In this document: positions 57,480 through 64,000 of the stretch, piece by piece
Layout: every line of letters starts with the position of its first letter
How positions within the stretch are numbered: position 1 is the first letter of the stretch
Assembly: GCA_965223545.1 (NCBI GenBank)
Contig: OZ245006.1
Location: 128,001-192,000, forward strand
Direction of reading: 5' to 3'
Origin: Planctomycetota bacterium
GTDB taxonomy: Bacteria; Planctomycetota; UBA1135; UBA2386
DNA length: 64,000 nt
The notes under the pieces: model-generated
Database searches by the model: none
Seen by the model: the letters and a program-made list of their open reading frames with translations, nothing else
What the model was told of the DNA's origin: nothing
Translations under genes and position numbers: made by a program

Positions 57480-58255
57480 CAAACCCAAGAGTTGGTCAAG
57501 AGCTCACCCATCCCACCGGCCCCCGGCACGATGTACTGGATGTCGGTCAACCCGCGCTCGCGATCCGCGTGCGTTCCCGGAATGGTGCGCAACACCTCCG
57601 GCGGCGACAACCCGCGATCCAAACGCCCGCTGTACACCTCGACCGTCGGCGCGTCCTTCGCCAACCGCCGGATCGCCTCCGGCGTGACCATCAAATGGGC
57701 CGCCACCATCGCCCGCGGCGCCGCGCCCTCGAGCGCATGATAGATCTCGTGCACCTGCGCCAGCGTGCCCCCGGTCGCGCCCATGGGGTCCGGCACCACG
57801 ACCACGGCGTCGTCGACCGGCCCGCCGATCTTGGTGCCGGCACATTCGACCCCGGTGACCTGGCCGTGCTCGTCGACGGCGCGTGACAGGTTGACGAAGT
57901 CCAGGCGCACGTGGCTCGGGGGGAGGACCGCGCAGGCCAGCTCGTAGAGCGTCTGCGCCGGCAGGATCCCGGCGCGGATCACCGCGCAGATCACCAACTT
58001 TGTGTTGCGGCACAGCAGCTCTCCCTGCCAGAACGCGCGCGGCTCGGTCGCCGCCATGCGCGTCTTGACCCGGTCCTCGACCACCGGGAACTCGCGGCTG
58101 AGCACCTCGGCGCCGATGCGCCGGTAGGCGGCCCGCACCAGCGCGGGGAGCTCCGCCGCGCCGGTGTCGGGCGAGCCGATGCGGGCGAGCAGAGAGGACA
58201 GGTAGGGGTCGCCCAGCAGGTGTACGCGTGGGCCGTAACGGTGCTCCAGCTCCAT
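57479..58255 (-). CDS. upp: Uracil phosphoribosyltransferase family protein
   Basis: VIRAG, PRPP loop VPDPMGATGGT, YIVPGAGGMGE. Confidence 0.85.
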   Translation of the reverse strand: MELEHRYGPRVHLLGDPYLSSLLARIGSPDTGAAELPALVRAAYRRIGAEVLSREFPVVEDRVKTRMAATEPRAFWQGELLCRNTKLVICAVIRAGILPAQTLYELACAVLPPSHVRLDFVNLSRAVDEHGQVTGVECAGTKIGGPVDDAVVVVPDPMGATGGTLAQVHEIYHALEGAAPRAMVAAHLMVTPEAIRRLAKDAPTVEVYSGRLDRGLSPPEVLRTIPGTHADRERGLTDIQYIVPGAGGMGELLTNSWV

Positions 58256-58329
58256 GCCGGGAGAGGGTAGCCGATGCGGGCGACAAAAGACCTGATCGCG
58301 GCCAGGGCTGGCGCTACCGTGCCGGGCCT

Positions 58330-60582
58330 ATGCGCATCGTGTCGATCGGCGGAGGGCCCGCCGGCCTGTTCTTCGCGATCTTGATGAAGAAGGCGCGGCC
58401 GGACTGCGCGATCACCGTCTACGAGCGCAACCGCGCCGACGACACGTTTGGCTGGGGCGTGGTGTTCTCGGACGAGACGCTGGGCAACATCGAGCGCGCC
58501 GACCCGGAGAGCTTCGCCGCGATCCGCCGCGAGTTTGCCTACTGGGACGACATCGACACGTTCTACGCCGGCACCTGCGTGACCTCGACCGGGCACGGCT
58601 TCTGCGGCCTGGCCCGCAAGCGGCTGCTGATGATCCTGCACGCGCGCTGCCGGGATCTCGGCGTCGAGCTGTGCTTCGAGACCGAGATCGACGACCCGAA
58701 GAGCCTCACGGACGCCGACCTCATCCTGGCCGCCGACGGCGTCAACAGCGCGGTGCGCGAGCGCTACGCGGCGCACTTCAAGCCGAGCCTCGATTGGCGC
58801 AAGTGCAAGTTCGCGTGGTTCGGCACCGACAAGCCGCTGCGCGCCTTCACCTTCGTCTTCGAACGCAACGAGCACGGCCTGTTCCAGGTGCACGCCTATC
58901 CGTTCGAGGAAGGCGTCGGCACGTGGATCGTCGAGTGCCGCGAAGAGACCTGGCGGCGCGCCGGGCTCGACAAGATGGACGAGGCCGCGTCGATCGACTA
59001 CTGCCAGGAGCTGTTTCGGCCGTATCTCGGCGAGTATCGCCTGCTCGCCAACCGCTCCTTGTGGCGCACCTTTCCCACGGTCCGCAACGAGCGCTGGCAT
59101 CACGAGAACGTCGTCTTGCTCGGCGACGCCGCGCACACCGCGCACTTCTCGATCGGCTCGGGCACCAAGCTGGCGATGGAGGACGCGATCGCCCTGGCCG
59201 ACGCGTTTGCCCTGCACCCGCGCGCGCCGGTGCCGGACGTGCTCGCCGCCTATCAGGAGGCGCGCTACGTCGAGGTGCTGAAGACGCAGAAGGCCGCGCA
59301 GACCAGCCTCGAGTGGTTCGAGAACTCCGAGCGCTACATGCAGCAGCACCCGCTGGCGCTGTCGTTCAATCTGATGACGCGCTCCAAGCGCATCACCTAC
59401 GACAACCTCGCGCTGCGCGACCCCGACCTGGTGGCGCGGGTGACCGAGCTGTTCGCGACCGAGGCCGGTGCATCCCCAGCCGACGACGGCCGGCCACCGG
59501 TGCCGATGTTCACGCCATACCGGCTGCGCGACCTCGAGCTGGCCAACCGCGTGGTGGTCTCGCCGATGTGCCAGTACTCGGCGCACGACGGCGTCCCCGA
59601 CGACTGGCATCTGGTCCACCTCGGCAGCCGCGCGGTCGGCGGCGCGGGGCTGGTGATGACCGAGATGACCAACGTGAGCGCGGACGGGCGCATTACCGAG
59701 GGCTGCACCGGCATCTACGACGAGGCGCAGGTCGAGGCCTGGCGACGCATCGTCGACTTCGTCCACCAGAACTCCGAGAGCGCGATTGGCCTGCAGCTCG
59801 CGCACGCCGGGCGCAAGGGCTCGTGCGCACACCCTTGGCAGGGCGACGACGTGCCGCTCACCTCCGGCGGTTGGCAGACCATCGGCCCCTCGGCCGTGCC
59901 GTTTCGGCCCGAGTGGCCGGCACCCGTGGCCATGGAGCGCAGCCACATGGACGCGGTGCGCGACGCCTTCGTGCGCTGCACGCACAACGCGGAGCGCGCC
60001 GGCTTCGACGTCCTCGAGCTGCACATGGCGCACGGCTACTTGCTCTCCAGCTTTCTGTCACCGTGCTCCAACCTGCGCGAGGACGACTACGGCGGCAGCC
60101 TGGGGAACCGCATGCGCTACCCGCTCGAGGTCTTCGACGCGGTGCGCGCGGCATGGCCGCACAAGCCCTTGGCCGTGCGCATCAGCGCCACCGACTGGCT
60201 GCCCGAGGGTGGCATGACGGTGGACCACGCGGTCGCCCTCTCGCGCGCGCTCGCCGAGCGCGGCTGCGATCTCATCGACGTGTCCAGCGCCGGCAACACG
60301 CCGGAATCGGAGCCGGTCTACGGACGGATGTATCAGGTGCCGTTCGCCGAGCGCATCCGCTATGAAGTCGATGTCCCGGTGATGGCGGTGGGGGCGATCC
60401 TCGGCGCCGATCACTGCAACACGATTCTCGCGGCCGGCCGCGCCGACCTGTGCGCGATGGCGCGCCCGCACTTGCGCGATGCGTACCTGACCCTGCACGC
60501 AGCCGAGCGCTACGGTCACGACCGGCAGGCATGGCCAGGTCAATACCTCCCCGGCAAGCCGCGGAGCGATCGCGATCGTTAG
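58330..60582 (+). CDS. Bifunctional salicylyl-CoA 5-hydroxylase/oxidoreductase (AbmA-like FAD monooxygenase fused to an OYE-type domain)
   Basis: GGGPAGL, TFGWGVVFSD, GDAAHTAHFSIGSGTKLAMED, then NRVVVSPMCQYSA, HAGRKG, HMAHGYLLSSFLSP. Confidence 0.93.
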   Translation: MRIVSIGGGPAGLFFAILMKKARPDCAITVYERNRADDTFGWGVVFSDETLGNIERADPESFAAIRREFAYWDDIDTFYAGTCVTSTGHGFCGLARKRLLMILHARCRDLGVELCFETEIDDPKSLTDADLILAADGVNSAVRERYAAHFKPSLDWRKCKFAWFGTDKPLRAFTFVFERNEHGLFQVHAYPFEEGVGTWIVECREETWRRAGLDKMDEAASIDYCQELFRPYLGEYRLLANRSLWRTFPTVRNERWHHENVVLLGDAAHTAHFSIGSGTKLAMEDAIALADAFALHPRAPVPDVLAAYQEARYVEVLKTQKAAQTSLEWFENSERYMQQHPLALSFNLMTRSKRITYDNLALRDPDLVARVTELFATEAGASPADDGRPPVPMFTPYRLRDLELANRVVVSPMCQYSAHDGVPDDWHLVHLGSRAVGGAGLVMTEMTNVSADGRITEGCTGIYDEAQVEAWRRIVDFVHQNSESAIGLQLAHAGRKGSCAHPWQGDDVPLTSGGWQTIGPSAVPFRPEWPAPVAMERSHMDAVRDAFVRCTHNAERAGFDVLELHMAHGYLLSSFLSPCSNLREDDYGGSLGNRMRYPLEVFDAVRAAWPHKPLAVRISATDWLPEGGMTVDHAVALSRALAERGCDLIDVSSAGNTPESEPVYGRMYQVPFAERIRYEVDVPVMAVGAILGADHCNTILAAGRADLCAMARPHLRDAYLTLHAAERYGHDRQAWPGQYLPGKPRSDRDR

Positions 60583-60591
60583 AGTTTCGCT

Positions 60592-61395
60592 GTGAGATCG
60601 TCGCCTGCTCACCGCATTTTCGTCGATTGCACTCCAAGCGAACAAGTCGGTGACAAGCGCGAGGGCGAGTCCATCACGATGGCATCGTTCATTCCCGGAA
60701 CCTGGAGCCCCCCAGACGATCTCCGTGATTTCAAGGACACTATCGGTGGGCACGGACAGCCCTCCTCCTATGGGGCGAAGATCGACACGGCGTCTCGAAT
60801 TGCGAGCCTGCTCCAGGACAACGAACCTCCGGCCCTTGTCGGCTGGACCGCGCCGGCTCGGGATTGGAAGCAGGTTGGCCGCAACTTCCTCGATTCATGG
60901 GAAGCAGCCTCCCCCAAGAGACACGAATCGCGGTGGAGCATCGGCACGACGAAGCTGTCTGCGTCTGTAGCTCAGGCAATGTTCGGCTACTTGACCGGAG
61001 TTCTGCTGTCCATGGGCGCCGCCCGGAAGTGGTTCGTCCCGAAGGGAGTACCTGTCGAGGTGATCTTGGACCGGGGTCCAGGGGATGCGAAGGCAACTCA
61101 GCGATTCCTCGATGCCATGTTGAAGGCGCCGTCGTCCAGTGAGCTGTGGTCCGAACTACAAAGCCTTGGCGCCACCCAGCTCAGCTGGAGCGATGGCGTC
61201 CAATCCACCGGAAGTGCGATGGCAGACTGGCTTGCGCACAGCATGTCCGCAGGCCAGTGTCCCAAGGAGTGGGTCGGGCAGGCCCCATCACGAGACGAGC
61301 GACTTCGCGAGGCTGTTGCACGGCCCGCGGCGATTCTCGCCGAGCGCGGTCGTCGGGTTCTGTTCGACAACATCCTCGGCCATCTCCGGCCGTAG
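60592..61395 (+). CDS. Hypothetical protein, possible RNase H-fold/DUF3800-like
   Basis: 267-aa ORF filling the gap, lower GC; acidic motifs IFVD, VILD, MADWLA. Confidence 0.55.
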   Translation: MRSSPAHRIFVDCTPSEQVGDKREGESITMASFIPGTWSPPDDLRDFKDTIGGHGQPSSYGAKIDTASRIASLLQDNEPPALVGWTAPARDWKQVGRNFLDSWEAASPKRHESRWSIGTTKLSASVAQAMFGYLTGVLLSMGAARKWFVPKGVPVEVILDRGPGDAKATQRFLDAMLKAPSSSELWSELQSLGATQLSWSDGVQSTGSAMADWLAHSMSAGQCPKEWVGQAPSRDERLREAVARPAAILAERGRRVLFDNILGHLRP

Positions 61396-61421
61396 AGCGC
61401 CCAGAACTCAGCGCCAGCTCG

Positions 61422-62345
61422 CTACTGCAACCAGTCTTCCCAGGCGCCGAGCGGCTGCTTCTGCCCCTCGTCGTTGCTGCGCGCGCTCTCCAGCAGCAAC
61501 GTCGTCATGTCCAGGTTGACGTGGATCTCGGGGTTGCTGTCGATGTCCTCGTAGAACGCGAACTGCGCATCACGCTGGGCGAACAGGCGGCGGAAGAGCA
61601 GCTGCACCTGCTCCTCGAGGGCCGAGTGCAGATCCTCGACGGCCACGATCTGCTCCTCTTCGAGCATGGTGCCCAGATGCACGCCTTCGGCCCGGCTGCG
61701 CTCGAGCAGGTCGGTGAGCTGCTCGGCGCCGAGGACGCCGCGCTTCAAGAGCAGGCTTCCCAGGCGCTCGTCCAGGGGGGTCGAGTCGCTGATCGCGTGG
61801 ATCACGTGGCCGCGCTGCAGCTGCACGGTGAAGCGCTCGTCGGCGGTCGCGACGCAGAGCATGCCGCTCTTCGCCTCCGAGCTGAGGAACTGCAGCAGGG
61901 TGGAGATCGGCAGGTTGGGCGACACGCCGCGCAGGGTGCAGCCCTCGTCGTCGATGGCGCCGCGGGCGGCGCTGTCGTCGAGGTCGTGCATCAACGACCC
62001 GATCTGGGTGGCGGCGCCGTTCGAGGCGGAGGGCGGGGACGGGGTGCTGTCGGGCGCATCCGCGTCCGCCGCGGACACCGCTGCCGCGGCGGGCGCGGGC
62101 GTCGCCACGACCGCGCTGCCGTCTCGCTGGCGGCCGAGGTGCATCGACAGCTCGCGCACCAAGTCGTCCAGCTCGAGAACCCCCGGCGTCAACGCCGCGA
62201 CGGGGTCCATCGCCGCGTCCGCCGCCTTGGCATGGATCAGCAGCCGGGCGAGGTAGGGGCTCAGCTTGCGAAGAAGCCGCGCGCAGGCCTCGAGGCCTTC
62301 GCACGTTCGTCGGGTGCCGTTCTCAATCTCTTGCCGCTGCGTCAT
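61422..62345 (-). CDS. DUF4388 (PATAN-like) domain protein
   Basis: LRG..LPISTLLQFLSSEAKSGML..GHVIHA..RLGSLLLKRG..LLLESAR; likely ATG 62345. Confidence 0.85.
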   Translation of the reverse strand: MTQRQEIENGTRRTCEGLEACARLLRKLSPYLARLLIHAKAADAAMDPVAALTPGVLELDDLVRELSMHLGRQRDGSAVVATPAPAAAAVSAADADAPDSTPSPPSASNGAATQIGSLMHDLDDSAARGAIDDEGCTLRGVSPNLPISTLLQFLSSEAKSGMLCVATADERFTVQLQRGHVIHAISDSTPLDERLGSLLLKRGVLGAEQLTDLLERSRAEGVHLGTMLEEEQIVAVEDLHSALEEQVQLLFRRLFAQRDAQFAFYEDIDSNPEIHVNLDMTTLLLESARSNDEGQKQPLGAWEDWLQ

Positions 62346-63318
62346 CCGCGGTCCCTGGGTCCAAGGGACTATCGACGCCGGCCCGCGCGCGACTGGAGGA
62401 GGATCTCGAGGGCACCTTCGTGCCGTGCGGGTGGGCGCGGTCGTAGACTTGGCGCAGGCGGCGGATGGAGACGTGGGTGTAGATTTCCGTCGTCGCCAGG
62501 CGGCGGTGCCCGAGCAGCTCCTGGACCGCGCGCAGGTCGGCACCGCGGTCGAGCAGGTGGGTGGCGAACGAGTGCCGCAGGCCGTGCGGCGTCAGCCGGC
62601 TCGGGATGCCGGCGCGGACGGCGTGGCGCACCACGCTCTCGAAGATCCAGCGGGACGACAGCCGGCCGCCGAAGCGGTTGAGGCACAGCGCGGGCTCGCG
62701 GCACCGCTGCGACGCCAACCGCGCGCTGCGGTGGGGCAGGTAGGCCTTGATCGCCGCCACCGCGGCGCCGCCGAGCATCGTCAGCCGCTCGACCCGGCCC
62801 TTGCCCAGCACGCGCGCGGTCCGCTCGTCGAGGTCGACGTCGCGCAGATCGAGGCGGTGCAGCTCGGCGACGCGGCAGCCCGTCGAGTACAGCAGCTCGA
62901 GAATCGCGCGGTCGCGGGTGCCGACGAAATCGCCGCCAAACGGCTGCTCGAGCAGAAGGTCCACCTCGCGCACCGACAGCACGCGCGGCAGCTGGCGGGC
63001 GACCCGAGGTCCGCGCACCAACCGGGCCGGGTCCTGCGTCATTCGGCGGTGCTCACGCAGGTAGCGAAACCAGGTGCGCAGCGCGGCGAGCTTGCGCTGC
63101 ACGGTGGCCGGCTTGAGACCGGCGCGGCCCAGACTGGCGACGAAACGCCGCACGTCGGCCCGGTCGGGCTGCGCGGTCTCCACCGGCAGCCAGGCGAGGA
63201 AGCCGCGCAGGTCGGTCCGGTATGCCCGCACCGTGGCCGGCGACGCGTCGCGCACTTCCCGCAGGTGGACCAAGAACTCCGACAAGGCGGGGGTCAGGGG
63301 ATGCGCTGGGGTGGCCAC
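62323..63318 (-). CDS. xerC: Tyrosine recombinase XerC
   Basis: SAM domain (TVRAYRTDL), RDRAILELLYSTGCR, HGLRHSFATHLL, VQELLGH, TTEIYTH. Confidence 0.9.
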   Translation of the reverse strand: MATPAHPLTPALSEFLVHLREVRDASPATVRAYRTDLRGFLAWLPVETAQPDRADVRRFVASLGRAGLKPATVQRKLAALRTWFRYLREHRRMTQDPARLVRGPRVARQLPRVLSVREVDLLLEQPFGGDFVGTRDRAILELLYSTGCRVAELHRLDLRDVDLDERTARVLGKGRVERLTMLGGAAVAAIKAYLPHRSARLASQRCREPALCLNRFGGRLSSRWIFESVVRHAVRAGIPSRLTPHGLRHSFATHLLDRGADLRAVQELLGHRRLATTEIYTHVSIRRLRQVYDRAHPHGTKVPSRSSSSRARAGVDSPLDPGTADDAAARD

Positions 63319-63354
63319 GGGCGCCGTTGTTGGGGGGAAGTGTCGGCGGATCGA

Positions 63355-64000
63355 TCAGGCGATGTCGTGCACGAACAGGCCGCTGCGCAGCTTGGGCTCG
63401 AACCAGGTGCTCTTCGGCGGCATCACCGCGCCGGCGTCGGCGACGCGCAACAGCTGGTCGACCGTGGTCGCGTGCATCGACACGGCCAGAGCCCAGTCCC
63501 CGCCATCGACCCGCCGCCGCAGCTCCTCGACGCCCCGACTGCCGCCGACGAAGTCGAGCCGCGGATCGGTGCGCGGATCGCCGATGCCGAGCAGCGGCGC
63601 GAGCACCCGTTCCTGCAGCAGGTGAGCGTCGAGGCTGGCGATCGGATCCGCGGCCTCGCCCGCATCGAGCGAAAGCTCGAGCAGCTGCCACTCGCCGCCG
63701 CCCGCGTACAGCGCGAACGACGCCGGCCGCGGCGCATGCGGAGCGGCATCGGCGGTCACGCGGCCGACCGCGCCGAGCGCGTCGGCCAGCGACGCGGGGG
63801 TGTGCGACCCGAGATCGCGCACCAGCCGGTGGTAGGGAAGAATGCGAAGCTGCGAGGCGGGGAACAACACCGCCGGAAACCACTGCCACGGCGCGGCATC
63901 GTCTCCGGTACGAACCCCGCGGCGCTCGGTGCCCGCCCGCCACGCGCTCGCGCATCGGTGATGCCCGTCGGCGACATAGCAGCACTCGACAGCGGCAAAT
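63355..64000 (-). CDS. DUF1015 family protein, 5'-truncated by the window edge
   Basis: Frame open to the window end: YVADGHHRCASA, ILPYHRLV, MPPKSTWFEPKLRSGL. Confidence 0.92.
   Translation of the reverse strand, partial: FAAVECCYVADGHHRCASAWRAGTERRGVRTGDDAAPWQWFPAVLFPASQLRILPYHRLVRDLGSHTPASLADALGAVGRVTADAAPHAPRPASFALYAGGGEWQLLELSLDAGEAADPIASLDAHLLQERVLAPLLGIGDPRTDPRLDFVGGSRGVEELRRRVDGGDWALAVSMHATTVDQLLRVADAGAVMPPKSTWFEPKLRSGLFVHDIA

Noticed and set aside
62323..63318. Tyrosine recombinase as the integrase of a mobile element
   Set aside because: It has XerC-type size and motifs, host-like composition, and no att sites or cargo around it.

Overview
High-GC bacterial chromosome segment, probably from a Planctomycetota-like organism (inferred from gene content only, mainly the MoxR-DUF58-BatA-vWA-propeller operon). 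Most of it is core genome: 5'-truncated sucA/kgd, rpmI-rplT-pheS-pheT, tRNA-Met(CAT), grx, speB, an RND adaptor with two permeases, moeA-lnt, mreB-mreC-mreD-mrdA-rodA, an eight-gene MoxR/vWA operon, eno followed by an FtsB-like gene, an O-antigen-ligase/TPR gene, upp, a salicylyl-CoA 5-hydroxylase, xerC and a 5'-truncated DUF1015 gene. Five things stand out. (1) A putative sigma-54 circuit: tandem -24/-12 motifs precede an XRE regulator, a PAS histidine kinase whose ATP-binding boxes are degenerate, and an intact NtrC-type activator. (2) A hairpin-rich intergenic element with a GGA-repeat loop next to tRNA-Met, a candidate ncRNA. (3) An elongasome locus with a tandem-duplicated MreC, preceded by a TM-coiled-coil protein and an uncalled 58-aa membrane protein. 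(4) A lower-GC patch with a coupled pair of secreted proteins (an HExxH peptidase and a beta-rich partner) and a frameshifted remnant. (5) A lower-GC orphan gene with an RNase H/DUF3800-like acidic triad. I saw no CRISPR array, transposase or prophage. All calls are by eye; no database searches were run.
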